This document shows, piece by piece, positions 36,070 through 49,033 of a stretch of 64,000 nucleotides of DNA. A program made the translations under genes and the position numbers. Under the pieces are notes generated by a model, which worked only from the letters and a program-made list of their open reading frames with translations, ran no database searches and was not told the origin of the DNA. The first letter of the stretch is position 1. The number at the start of each line of letters is the position of its first letter. This DNA comes from Octopus sinensis (taxonomy: Eukaryota): contig NC_043007.1 of assembly GCF_006345805.1 (NCBI RefSeq), forward strand, positions 73,842,001-73,906,000. Reading direction: 5' to 3'.

Positions 36070-36790
36070 AGGGCGGCAAGCTGGCAGAATCGTTAGCACA
36101 TCGGGCGAAATGCTTAGCAGTATTTCGTCTGCCACTACGTCCTGAGTTCAAATTCCGCCAAGGTCGACTTTGCCTTTCATCCTTTCGGGGTTGATTAAAT
36201 AAGTACCAGTTGAGCACTGGGGTTGATATAAGTGACTTAATCCATTTGTCTGTCCTTGTTTGTCCCTTCTGTGTTTACCCCCTTGTGGGTAGTAAAGAAA
36301 TAGGTATTTCGTCCGTCTTTACTTCGCCTTTCATCCTTTTGGGGTCGATAAAATAGTACCAGTTGAGTACTGAGATCAATGTAATCTACTTACACAATGC
36401 CTTGAAATTAATGGCCTTGTACCAAAATTTGAAACCATTATTATTATTAATATTATTATTATTATTATTGCCAGCTGGCAGAATTGTTACCGCGCCAGAT
36501 AAAACGCTTAGTGACATTTCTTTTGGCTTTACGTTCTGAGTTCAAATGCCTCCGAGGTTGACTTTGTTTTTCATCCTTTCAGGATCAATAAAATAATGTA
36601 CCAGCATTCGATTATTTCCTCCCACCAAATTTCAGGCCTTGTACCTATAAAAGGATTATTTTTAATATTATATTGAGATGGCAGAATCGTTTGAGTGTCG
36701 GAGAAAATACTTTGTCGGTGTTTCTTCTGACTCTTTACGTTTCGAGTTCAAATCCTGCCAAGGTTAATTTAATTTTTTTTTATTTTTCCG
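36070..36790 (+). mobile_element. Cluster of SINE family B copies (CpGs largely retained)
   Basis: gggcggcaagctggcagaatcgttagcacatcgggcg...gagttcaaattccgcc, including a tail-to-internal dimer junction at about 36300. Confidence 0.85.
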
Positions 36791-36832
36791 GGGTTGATAA
36801 AATAAAGCTCCAGTCAAGCGATGAAGTTTATT

Positions 36833-37382
36833 GGATCTTTTCCTTTTGAACGGCAGTATTCAACACAATTTTTAGTTAACTAAACACTTTTAAACTTCGT
36901 ATACTGGTAGAATGTGTCAAAATAAAACATTTTTTTCTCTTGGCTTTCTTGCGAAAATTGTAATTTGTAAGTTTGACATAGTTTAATTTTTCGAATTTTA
37001 ACCAATAGATGGCCTCTATTTAGCTAAAATCATTTGCTGCGTCTAAAACTGAGACAACATCCTGTCACTGTTATGTTTACGTTCGGAAAGCGTGAGTATA
37101 AAATTATAGAATTATTTTGTTTGTTAATTATTTCAATTATTTTCCATTGCTTTCATTTTAGCCTTTGGTTTTTTTTTCTTAAGCAATGGAAAATAGTTTA
37201 AACAATACATGTGTATCTCAAAACAAAAACAAAACGAATAATTTTAGACACACGCATAACAATTAAATTTATTTAATAATTAAGAAAACAAAAACGAAGA
37301 CTAAAATTTAGGGTTAGTGTAGGGTTAAGGTTAGGGTCAGTGACAGGATGTTGTCTCAGTTTTAGACGCAGCAAATGATTTC
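36833..37382. mobile_element. GGATC-TIR MITE variant with an internal 44-bp perfect inverted repeat and TTAGGG-like hexamers
   Basis: aaatcatttgctgcgtctaaaactgagacaacatcctgtcactg (37027-37070) is mirrored at 37338-37381. tttagggttagtgtagggttaaggttaggg lies just inside the right arm. Confidence 0.65.
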
Positions 37383-38374
37383 AAGGTCGTGTACCTATAT
37401 GAGAAAATTATTTTTAGTATTATTGTTGTTGCTGTGAGCACACTTACCTTCACTCCACTCCGTAGTTTTCAATATTTTTATCAAACACAAGGCAGCGAGC
37501 TGGCAGAATTGTTAGCATGCTGAGCAAAATGCTTAGCGGCATTTCGTCCATCTGCACGTTCTAAGTTCAAATTCCGCCAAGGTCGACTCTATCTCTCATC
37601 CTTTTGGTGTGGATAAAATAGGTTCCAGTTGAGCACTGGGTCAATGAAAGGTATTTATAGGAAATTTCATAAAAAATTAACCATTTTTCTGACAGCTATG
37701 AGGAAACAAAACCGACTCATGAGAATTTTCCGAAACTCCTCACTCCACCCTAAGAAAAATCCTTTCGCTACATATTCCGATATAATCAGAATCTACACCA
37801 TCTGAAGCGTATTTGTAGGAAATATCATTAAAAAATATCCATTTTTCTGGAAGATATGAGGCAACAAAGTTGGGTGGGGCACACACGTGTAGGAATGCCC
37901 ATTTTCTTATTTAAACTCATTCGTTCAGGCATGAAAACAAAATGAAGAAGCCAATAGAATATGATAAAAAAAATCTCAACGAAAACAATAAATCTTGCAA
38001 CAAAATTTAATCATTGTTGCATGTTTTCAACCGTAAGAGAAAATTGAGGTTTTGTAATGAGTTAGTAAGGCATTATAATTCTTTGACCCTTCCATATCTC
38101 ATATTGACCCTTCAAATCTCAGAGGGACCAAAAGCACTGAAGATCACCTCGATAATTCCACGCTCAGGAATTACAAATATCTTGAGTGAATGTAAAACTG
38201 TCTTAAAATGACGTTAAATTTATTAAAAGCCCTTTATAATTAACGTCCTCTCTATTAGGAATGCAGGAAAATTTAAAAATCACATCAGGATACAAAATAT
38301 CTGGACTGATAAACGACGAGAAAGTAAATGTATTTACTTACTAGATTCAAACTGAATTAAACAGGATTCTTTTG

Positions 38375-38632
38375 GGCAAGTGTCTTCTACTATAGCCTCA
38401 GGCCGACCTAAGCCTTGTGTGTATGTTTGTGTGTCTGTGTTTGTTCCCCCAACATCGCTTGACAACCGATGCTGGTGTGTTTACGTCACCGTAACTTAGC
38501 GGTTCGGCAAAAGACACCGATGGAATAAGTACTAGGCTTACAAAGAATAAGTTCTGGAGTCGATTTGCTCGACTAAAGGCGGTGCTCCAGCATGGCCACA
38601 GTCAAATGACTGAAACAAATAAAAGAGTAAAA
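38375..38632 (+). mobile_element. SINE family A, 5' truncated
   Basis: ttgggcaagtgtcttctactatagcc ... ctaaaggcggtgctccagcatggccacagtcaaatgactgaaac..aaaagagtaaaaga. Confidence 0.9.
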
Positions 38633-38647
38633 GATATATATATATAT

Positions 38648-38904
38648 CCAAATAAGCAACAAGAATGACTCCGGTAATTTGGTACGATCGTTTCGTACTA
38701 CATCATTTTATTAAATGTTGTATGTATTACAACAGATTTAAAATGCCGAGTAGTCATCAGCCAATTATAGAGGTTTTCCATTAATACCAAAATTTTCATA
38801 TCAAGTGGCAACATTATAGAGAAGGTAGATATATAGACAAAGATGTGGATTTAAATTTTAAGAACATTTGAGGTAGTGGAGCCCATCAACTGACTCAGTT
38901 GATG
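38648..38904 (-). mobile_element. ~260-bp (TA)n-flanked element carrying a hammerhead motif
   Basis: (TA)n on both sides, hammerhead at 38675-38767, and the palindrome catcaactga-c-tcagttgatg at 38884-38904. Confidence 0.55.
38675..38767 (-). ncRNA. Type I hammerhead ribozyme motif with long stem II (probably a damaged copy)
   Basis: Minus strand reads TAATTGG-CTGATGA-CTAC..CATTTTA..TGTTGTA-ATACA-TACAACA..TAAAATG..GTAGTAC-GAAA-CGATCG-TA-CCAAATTA. Confidence 0.7.
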
Positions 38905-39214
38905 TATATATATATATTAGTTGGCATTAGATAGACAAGGAAGTAGGTAGAAACAGAACAAAATAGGATTTAATGAAAGACAACCGATCAACGTAAGGGC
39001 TATAAGGAAGAGAGGTCAATTGATAAAGAACGATGTTGCTATAAATTGATATAAGGGAAAATAAAATATTTATGGATAAACTCGAAACAGGATATAATGA
39101 ACAGTTTTAGGTCTGTAGCAATTACCATAAGGATTGCAGGATATTATTCACTTAAAGATAAACATAAAATGTGGCTGTAAATATTTAAACATGATATTTA
39201 TTGAGTGACAAATA

Positions 39215-39560
39215 ATATTTGCATCTCTAATCACGAGTGGAAGTGGGGGGAGCATCATAACCAAGAACTGAGAGGAATTTTTGGCGGGTTTGAATAATTA
39301 ACCTCTAGAAACGCAAGTGTTTCGTTCAATCATCCTCAAACAACCTTTATTCAGAGACCTTTGGAGATACTCGAACCGAAGAAATGTCTAACTGAGCTCC
39401 ACCTGCAAGGTCATGTGCTGTTTATCTTGAATATGAGATCACTATGTCGAGCACATGTTAGGTGTACCCTTATCAGACATGTAGTCACAATGGGCATATT
39501 GGGGTTCGTATATTTCTACCCCAGCGTCAATTTGGTGGTTTGTGCTGCTCACTCACTCAC
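39215..39560 (+). mobile_element. TAA-tailed non-coding retroposon, 5'-truncated copy
   Basis: Reverse complement of 49030-49400 (ccacctgcaaggtcatgtgctgtttatcttga..atgagatcac), ending in (CTA)n(TAA)n. Confidence 0.75.
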
Positions 39561-39565
39561 TCACT

Positions 39566-39603
<38 letters not shown>

Positions 39604-40114
39604 ATAATAATAATAGTGATGATGATGATGATGATTATAGCTTGATACGTTTGGTATTTACGATTTTGAATGTCAAAAGACAGAATAGATAGCAAATAAG
39701 GTCATGGCTAGCATATCTAATGTTGTAGTAAATTAGGGAAATTAAATTAATTAATATATTCTTGAGGGGAAATATTTATTTGGTTAATTATCAGTTCCGT
39801 TCAAGAAAGAGAAGAAAATAACCCCTAAAAATTCATTAATATAAATCCATTCTGTTTAGGTGAAGTGGGTGGCATACTTTTAACAAGCCAATAGTGTGAA
39901 GACTTCTAATCATTTCCCCGAATTTAGACTTAACCAAGATTACCATACGTCTGTATTTCCAGGATGTGTTCTGTATTTGGGCGTCAAAGTTTGCGTCTGG
40001 TAGGAATTGCAAAAAGTTTTCAAAAGTATGGAATTTCAGCTTCCACTTAAAAAATTTCACACACACACATATTTGCCATGTCCTAAAAGAAGTATGTAGT
40101 GTGTAATGAGAGAG

Positions 40115-40146
<32 letters not shown>

Positions 40147-40150
<4 letters not shown>

Positions 40151-41235
40151 TAAGTTTAAAATTAAATGCACTTTTGTTTCTGTAATTCATTTTTTAAAAA
40201 GCAGGATATGAACAATTACATTATTTTTCGACTTAGTCTTCTTGTTTTCTGATGCACGTCTTCCAGTGGTCCTCTAGCTTGCTTATTCCATCGGAGAAGA
40301 TTTTCCGCTGGTCGCGCAGGATGTTTGAGCGGTCCGGAGAGGTGATAGCAGAAAGGGGTGAGATCTGAACTGTACGCAGGTTGCTCCAGCAACTCGATTT
40401 TATTTTTTATCGAAACTCAATTTTTCAATGTTTCAACGGTGTGGGCGGCCGTATGAGGGCTTGCATTGTTGTGCGACAATAACACTTGTTTTGACAATAG
40501 ATCTCGGCGTTTGGTGCGAATTTGCTGGTGTCACTTTGTCCTCAGTATTCCACTGTAACCTACACTGGCAACTGTAGACCCCTTTGCTTGGTAATGTTCC
40601 AGTATAGGCATTTTTGCGTCCCCAAAATGGTTAGCATCACCTTTTCCAATGGAAGGTTGAGTCTTGAATTTTTTTTTTGCTGGCGATTCCAGTTGTTTCT
40701 ATTCCATAATATGCCTTTTGGATCCTGGCTCAAAGTGATGGACTCAAGTCTTATCACCTGGGACTATTCTCTCCAAAAATAGCCTCGCCTTCATCGTTGT
40801 AGCGGGCGAATAACCGTTGACAGATCTCAACATAATCGCGCATATGCGTTTCGATAAACTCTCTTGGTACTCCTCTCGCACAAACTTTACAAAGGTGAAG
40901 CTTGGCGTGGATTATTTCGTAAGCAGAATCATGACTAATCTGCGGAGAACATGTCACTTCATTGGTGGCCATTCATCAGTTCGCCAGAACCATCTCTCGA
41001 ACTTGTTGAATCGTCAGTGGTGGAGGCTGTTGGGTGCCCTGTTCCTCTTCGTGTTTCACGCTTGTCCGGCCATTTTTATACTTCACGATTCACTTACACA
41101 CACTCCTATGCAGCAGAGCGATGCCCCCGTATGTAATGAAAGCCTGCGATAAATTTCAACCCTTGATACACCTTCAGACCACAGAAACCGTACTACTGAT
41201 CTCTGTCAAAAATGACGGTTAATCGTAGTATTTTA
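40147..41235 (-). mobile_element. Degenerate mariner (Tc1/mariner) element
   Basis: Minus frames give KYKNGRTSVKHEE, LCKVCARGVPREF, FLERIVPGDKT*VHHFEPGSK, VLLSHNNASPHTAAHTVE and LLEQPAYSSDLTPFCYHLSGPLK, a decayed WVPHEL / GDETW / HDNARPH / YSPDLAPSD series. Confidence 0.85.
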
Positions 41236-41739
41236 TATATAAATAAGGTATAAAATAAGGGTACATAATAATCACAAATACAAACATTTACATATCTCCT
41301 TTTTACATGCACACACATACTCACACAGAGTTGAAATGCTGTTTGATTTTTCGTTTGAGCGTTGAGCGTTCACCATCCCATTTCTATTGCACACACACAC
41401 ACAACACACACACAAACATTCACATACCTCCCTTTTACATACACACATACACTCACACGGAGTTGAAACGCTGATTTTTTCACACCTGCTTTCGATATTT
41501 ATCTATCACCCCTTCCTTTCTCATTCATATGCTGTGACGGAGAAAAATAGAAGATACACGACGCTCTCTTTGCCACTTCCTTTCTCTCATTGCTATTACT
41601 TTCTCTCACTCTCTCTCAGTCAGGGCTATTACTCTCACTACTTCTCCTTCACTGAATTACTATTTTCTCTCTTCTCACTTCACTTACACTACTCTTTCTC
41701 CTACTAAGTCCTAGTCCTACTCTGTGATTTTGGACAAAT

Positions 41740-41760
41740 ATATGTATGTATGTATGTATG

Positions 41761-41811
<51 letters not shown>

Positions 41812-41888
41812 GTATCTATCTATCTATCTATGTATCTATGTAATAATAATTATAATGATGATAATAATAATAATAATAATAATAATAA

Positions 41889-41919
<31 letters not shown>

Positions 41920-41926
41920 TGTTGTT

Positions 41927-41973
<47 letters not shown>

Positions 41974-41990
41974 TGTTGTTGTAGTAGGGA
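41740..41990. repeat. Compound microsatellite (TATG)n-(TATC)n-(TAA)n-(TAG)n
   Basis: Directly visible. Confidence 0.95.
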
Positions 41991-42065
41991 ATATAATTCA
42001 AAAACTTACAGGGAAAAATTCAATTTAACAATCTTTAATCAAATTTCACAATATATAATATATGT

Positions 42066-42464
42066 ATATAATTTAAAGAAAAAAAACCTCTATTAAACAA
42101 TTCAATAATGAAAGATGTTATTCACACCATATAGAAAACATATACTATAAAAACCTTATTCTAAAAATCAATAACGTACAATAAATAGTAAACTGTGTGT
42201 TGGCTGGGATCATGTGAGCGACGTGGTGACTGTCAGTGGAGGTGTTTTGGGTTAATCTGACTGTTCAGATATGCCCATGTGCAAGGGAATTATGTAAATA
42301 TTTGTATATGTGATTGTTATGTACCCCTTTTTTTACTACTATTTACTATTTATTGTACGTTATTGATTTTTAGAATAAGGTTTTTTTTATAGTATATGTT
42401 TTCTATATGGTGTGAATAGCATCTTTCATTATTGAATTGTTTAATAGAGGGTTCTTTTTCCTCT

Positions 42465-42474
<10 letters not shown>
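42066..42474. repeat. Fold-back element with ~130-bp inverted arms and a ~150-bp spacer
   Basis: 42066-42192 is the reverse complement of 42342-42474 (cctctattaaacaattcaataatgaaagatg..). The spacer sequence is duplicated at about 42908-43000. Confidence 0.85.
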
Positions 42475-42520
<46 letters not shown>

Positions 42521-43634
42521 TACTTGGAAATGGATGCGCCGCGTTCAATTGAATAGTAAATAATATATACATATATATGTATACATACATGCAAACCAAA
42601 CAACATGAAATATGTAAATAAACGTGTCAAATACGCAAACAACGAGAGAAAAGGAAAACAGGACAAGTAAACACAGAGGAAGGACCCTTCATCAGTTGTC
42701 AGCTGTCTGTTTACTCCTCATTTCGAATCTTCAAAGACAGTTGCTCCCATAAATTCTAAAATAAAATTTAGGATTTTTGGAGGGTCAAAGTTGGGAACAA
42801 AAACATGACAGTGGAGACATACAAGGAAACCGAACGGAAACAAATATATATATAAAAAAAAAACTACGCTCATTATTATATTAGGAGATTAGAAGTCAGA
42901 GGCCCAAACTGTGTGTTGGCTGGGGCCATGTGAGGGTCGTGGAGTCTGTCAGTGGAAGTGTTTTGGGTTATTCTGACTGTTCAGATATGCCCACTCAAAA
43001 AAAGTTAATACCAGAATTACTAAGAAATACTATGGAATTACTGAGCGTTGTATAGTGTTCTCGCTATTTTTAATGATCAATTGAGTTTATGCAAACAATC
43101 CGGCATGTGGTCTGACTATAACGTAATTTGTCGCCTTGTAGCGGAATTTCTATAAACATTGATAGAAAGGAGTGGAGAAAGTAGGCCATATAAATTTAAA
43201 AGAACAAGGAAAACGATTTATGTGAAGAAACAATTTCCGTCAAATCAACTAGATGGATTGTATTCAATGGAGATAACCGAGTCTTTAAACGTCTATTTGT
43301 AGTAATCAATAATTGTATCTCCCCATTAAAACGTTAATAGAGTGTATACTGTCGGCAGTAATGCTTTGTATTCGAGGTCAGAACTTCCAAATTGTCCAAT
43401 CGACCAAGTTGTAAACAGAGATGGAAGAGGGAGAAAAAAATTATGCCTGTCCGAAGGAGTGGGGAAAGGCATTGGTTTATTGATAAATGTCTTCTGCTGC
43501 AGATGCCTATCGACCTTATTTCTCATTGAGAAACGTCTTCCCAAATAGAAGCTGTGCGACAGCGAATTACAGTTTTTATTATAGCCATTTGTGTTTTATA
43601 CTTAACGCAAATACATCGAAAAAAAAGCAAATTT

Positions 43635-44035
43635 GGATCTTTTCGGTTTGAACGGCAGTTTTTCTAGAGGTGTCATATGAAATTGTCACCCATAATTATG
43701 ATCCTAGTATCGATCTATTGCATTTCAATCTGTTTTAGGGGTGGGGAGGGTATCTTTTTTTTCTTCAGAAATGTAAATAAACCCAATCTGTTTCTTAAAC
43801 GAGGGACATATTCATGCGGCACAGAATGTTTTCACCTCAATAGACGTCATTGATTGGTTGAAATTGCAGAAATTGAAGAAAAAAACAACAAATATCTTAC
43901 AAACTATAGAATTTTCTCAATAAATCCAAGAGAAAAAGATGTTTTATAAACACATTCTACCAGTATACGAAGTTTAAAAGTGTTTAGTTACGTGGAAATT
44001 ATTTTAAAAAACTGCCGTTCAAACCGAAAAGATCC
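43635..44035 (+). mobile_element. GGATC-TIR MITE, second full copy
   Basis: ggatcttttcggtttgaacggcagttttt ... aaaaactgccgttcaaaccgaaaagatcc. Confidence 0.9.
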
Positions 44036-44469
44036 GCCAATTTACTACGGTATTTGTCCGAAGATAAATCTTTTATGGACGTGCTATGTTTAAAAACATA
44101 AATACATCAGTAGCAGACGAAGACCGCTCACCAGTGGTGGCGAGAATGCTGCATGGTCATTTCTGTCCCTTTGAGCTTTATCCGTAGCATGTTCAGTCTA
44201 TCAACTGCATATGACGAAATCCGTCGTTACCGATACAGGAAAACAGTGATTAAAGAATCACTGGCGTTGCAATTATATTTCCGACTGAATAAAAATTTGT
44301 TACATGTAGCAGAAAAAGTATAGGATTAAAATAGACAGCTGTGTATCATATTCAATGTCAATACATCAAGAAAGAGTTAAATTTACTGTGGTATTCGTCA
44401 GCTTTGCTTGTGCACAATGTGTATGTGATGATAAAGAGAAATCAAACTGTGCATGAATATATACGAGTC

Positions 44470-44835
44470 GGCAACTTGGGTAAGTGTCTTCTACTATAGT
44501 CTCGGAGCAAACAAAGACTTGTGAGTGGATTTAGTAGACGGATATTGGAAGAAGCCCCGTCGTATATATATCGACCTCACTACTTTGATTTTCAAGCCTG
44601 GTACTCATTCAATCGGTCTCATCTACCGAATCGTTAAATTACAGACGTAAACACACCAACGCCGGTTGTCAAACGGTGGTGGTGTGTTAACATCTCCGTA
44701 ATTTAACGATTCGGTAGATGAGACCGATAGAATGAATTCCAGGCTTGAAAATCAAAGTAGTGAGGTCGATTCTTCAAGGCGGTGCCCCAGCATGGCCGCA
44801 GTCTAATGACTGAAACAAATAAAAGATACAAGATG
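44470..44835 (+). mobile_element. SINE family A with a locally inverted-duplicated tail
   Basis: 44571-44658 is the reverse complement of 44680-44769. Confidence 0.85.
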
Positions 44836-44971
44836 AATATACGGCCAACTTAAGGGTTAGAAGCTGAAGGAGTCCGTCATTTGCAGTTTACAACCTTCCT
44901 TGGGTAATACTCTGTTATTGACTGAGTACTTATAAAACCATTCCTAAGTACCTCGTTCAACCAAATCACTG

Positions 44972-45160
44972 TCTTCTTCTCCTCTTCCTCCTCCTCCTTC
45001 TTCTCCTTCTTCTTCTTCTCCTTATCCTCTTCCTCTTCCTCCTCTTCCTCCTCCTCCTTCTCCTTCTTCTTCTTCTTCTTTTCTTCTTCTTCTTCTTCTC
45101 TTCTTCTCTTCTTCTTCTTCTTCTTCTTCTTCTTCTTCTTCTTCTTCTTCTTCTTCTTCA
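44972..45160. repeat. (CTT)/(CCT) polypyrimidine tract
   Basis: Directly visible. Confidence 0.95.
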
Positions 45161-45354
45161 ATAAACCGGTTGATCTCTTGAGAATTAAGTGTTATGGCAT
45201 CTACTCACAGTGAAATACTTCTCAATTGTTATTTCGAGGAGAGAATATACTTTATGTCCCAATAATCTGTTGTCAGGTCAACAACTTCAACAGTTAAAAT
45301 ATTTTATAGGCTAGAAATTGGTTAAGGATGGGGTTATGGCCTATTCAATCGATA

Positions 45355-45675
45355 TCAGTATATGGTGCAGGTTTGGCTGTGTGGAAAGAAGTTTGCTTGC
45401 CAAACACGTGGTTCCGAGTTCAGTTCCACTACGTGACACTTTGGGTAAGTGTCTTCTACTGTACCTACCTCGGGCCGACTAAAGCCTTGTGAGTCAAGGA
45501 TTTGGTAAACAGAAAAACCCATCGTTGATGTGGGTGTGTTGTAAGAAGCTTGTTTTCCAACCACATGGTTTCAGGTTCAGTCCCACTGCGTGGCACCTTG
45601 GGCAAGTATCTTCTACTATAGCCTCGGGCCGACCAAAGCCTTGTGAGTGGATTTGGTAGACGGAAACTGAAATAA
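45355..45675 (+). mobile_element. Two tandem SINE family A heads
   Basis: Two successive ggttc(c/a)..gttcagt(t/c)ccact..cttggg..agtgtcttctact units. Confidence 0.8.
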
Positions 45676-45739
45676 CGTTGAAAGAAATACGAAGCAATTA
45701 CACAGTAGTGAAATGCAATTCACAGCCTTTGTTTGGAAA

Positions 45740-46210
45740 TATTGGTTTCAAATTTTGGCACCAGGCCAGCAATTTCAGGGTTGGGGGAAATCGATTATAT
45801 TGACCCTAGTACTCAACTGGTACTTATTTTGTCGAGCCCGAAAGGAAGAAAGACAAAGTCAGCCTCGGCGGAATTTGAACTCAAAACATAAAGACGGACG
45901 AAATGTCGCGAAGCATTTTACCCGGCTCAGTAACGATTCTGCCAGCACACCGCCATTCGCCGCTTTATTAATAACTAAACCTTGACTGTTCTCCGACTAT
46001 TCTTTTCTACTCTAAGCACAAGTCCCAAAATTTTGGGGAAGGGGACCAGTTGATTAGATCGACCTCAGTACGCAACTGGTACTTAATTTATGGACCCCGA
46101 AAGGATGAAAGGCAAAGTCAACCTCGGCGGAATTTGAACTCAGAACACGAAGACGGACGAAATGTCGCGAAGCATTTTGCCCGGCGTGCTTACAATTCTG
46201 CCAGCTCAAC
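45740..46210 (-). mobile_element. Two SINE family B copies
   Basis: aaagtc(a)..cctcggcggaatttgaactc...gacggacgaaatgtcgcgaagcatttt. Confidence 0.85.
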
Positions 46211-46274
46211 TACAATACACAAAATATCTGAAGAATTTTTTTTGTACAATTTCGAATAATATTTATGAAAATAT

Positions 46275-46935
<661 letters not shown>

Positions 46936-47229
46936 TGATCAGCAAATGTATGTTACAGCATGTCAAATGGAGTCTTAAGAGTGAAGTGAGATGATACTTT
47001 CCCAAGATCAGCAAAGGCAGGCTGCAGTGCGTCAGATAGTCTCAAGAGAGAAGAGAGATAACACTTTTCCAAGATCAGCAAAGGCATACTGCAGCACATC
47101 AAATGGAGTCTCAAGACAGAAGCGAAATGAGATTTTATCTAGGTCCAATAGAATAGCTCTCAGAAACAGACTACGTACAAATTCGTTCTTCACGACTCCT
47201 AGAGCTGCTTTCAGATGTGATCCATCCCA

Positions 47230-47990
47230 TTCATATGAAAGGCAGAGACGACCTCGGTAGAATTTGAACTTAGACCGTAAGGACGGACGAAATGCCGCTA
47301 AGCATTTTGTCAGGCGTGCTAACGATTCTGCCAGCTCGCCGCTTAAATAATCCTCTCTATTATAGGCATAAGGCCTGAAATTTTGGGGGAGGGTTCAGTC
47401 GATTAAATGGATCCCAGTACGCAGCTAGTACTTAATTTATTGACCCCCGAAAGGATAAAAGACATAGTCGACCTCGGCGGAATTTGAACTCAGAAAATAG
47501 CGGCAGACGAAATACCTAATTCTTTACTACCCACAAGGGGCTAAACACAGAGGGACAAACAAGGACAGACAAAAGGATTAAGTCGATTATATCGACCCCA
47601 GTGCGTAACTGGTACTTATTTAATCGACCCCGAAAGGATGAAAGGCAAAGTCGACCTCGGCGGAATTTGAACTCAGAACGTAGCGGCAGACGAAATACCG
47701 CTAAGCATTTCGCCCGGCGTGCTAACGTTTCTGCCAGCTCGCTGCCTTAAAGATTACTTATTTCTTTATTGCTCACAAGGGGCTAAATATAGAGAGGAAC
47801 AAACAAAGGAATTAAGTCGATTACATCGACCCCAGTGCGTAACTGGTACTTAATTTATCGACCTCGAAAGGATGAAAGGCAAAGTCGACCTCAGCGGAAT
47901 TTGAACTCAGTACGTAAAGACAGACGAAATATCGCTAAGCATTTCGCCCGGCGTGCTAACGTTTCTGCCAGCTCGCCGCCTTTCGCCGCT
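47230..47990 (-). mobile_element. Array of four SINE family B units (young, CpG-rich)
   Basis: Four repeats of gtcgacctcggcggaatttgaactcag...gacgaaatac. Confidence 0.9.
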
Positions 47991-48979
47991 TTATTAATAA
48001 CTAAACTTTGACTGTTCTCCAACTGGCGGTGTTAATGTAACATTTATTCCCTTGACGAAGTACTGCGACTATCAGAAAGAGTCACTCTAATGAAAACATT
48101 GAAATGTACTGACTTGCACATTTTCATTCTTTAGCCGTGAAAGCAAAAAAAAACAGAAATATGAGCTGTTCTTTTAAATAGTTATTACTAGTTGCTATTA
48201 GCTTTCTTTCTCTTAAATACCAGCCGTTTTCTTTCAAGTAACATTCCTTGACCCATATACATTCCCTAACAAGAAATATGGTTTCACTTACAAATCCCTA
48301 GCCTAACCCATAAAAATTAAGCTATCGTTCACTCCAACTTTTTCAACGTAACAATTGATGAAAAGGGAATTTTTCACGTTCTGTTTCCTGACTTTCATTC
48401 TCTGAGAAAGCAGAGTGATTGTCTGGTGCTGAAGGTTGGCTTATTCTGTTGTTATAGAGTTAAAGGTTAAAATATATAGCGTTCTGAGGAGACTATTTTT
48501 TGTTTCTCAACCCTCCGGGATCAATAAACTGGTGTGTGCCTGTCAAGTACTGGGGTCGATATCATCGACTAACAATTCTCCTCATATACATCTGGTGTGT
48601 GTCTATGCAAGAACCACCCCCCCCAAAAAAACCCCAACAACGATGCTGGTTTCTTCATGGTCTACGAGGCCTCACACAAACATGAATATGTTGCAAGAAC
48701 AGAATTTCACGTATTGACAAAAGCAAAGATAGTAGCAGAAAGGATTATTATTATTTGGTAAATTCGTTAGCATGCCGGGTAAAATACTTCGCGGCATTTC
48801 GTCCGTCCTTACGGTCTGCGTTAAAATCCACCTAAATCGAGTTTGTCTTTCATCCTTTCAAGTCGATAAAATAAGTACCAGTCAAGCACTAGGGTTGATG
48901 TAATCGACTAGTCCCCTTCCCCCAAATGTCAGGCCTTGTGCCTATTGTAGAAATAATAATTATTATCATTATCATCATC

Positions 48980-49032
<53 letters not shown>

Positions 49033-49033
<1 letters not shown>

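Noticed and set aside
42590-42845. TA-adjacent element with CTGATGAAGGG and TTGAAGA-TTC-GAAA on the minus strand
   Set aside because: The architecture resembles the hammerhead elements, but I could not build stems I, II and III around either core in this copy. It is at most a deleted relic.
43326-43544. Minus-strand ORF containing LFTTW, as in the GT-like protein
   Set aside because: Similarity is limited to five residues, none of the downstream family motifs follow, and there are no convincing splice sites.
47230-47990. Regularly repeated ~30-bp motifs with intervening sequence (CRISPR-like look)
   Set aside because: The intervening sequences are also repeated (tandem SINE units), the context is eukaryotic, and there are no cas genes.
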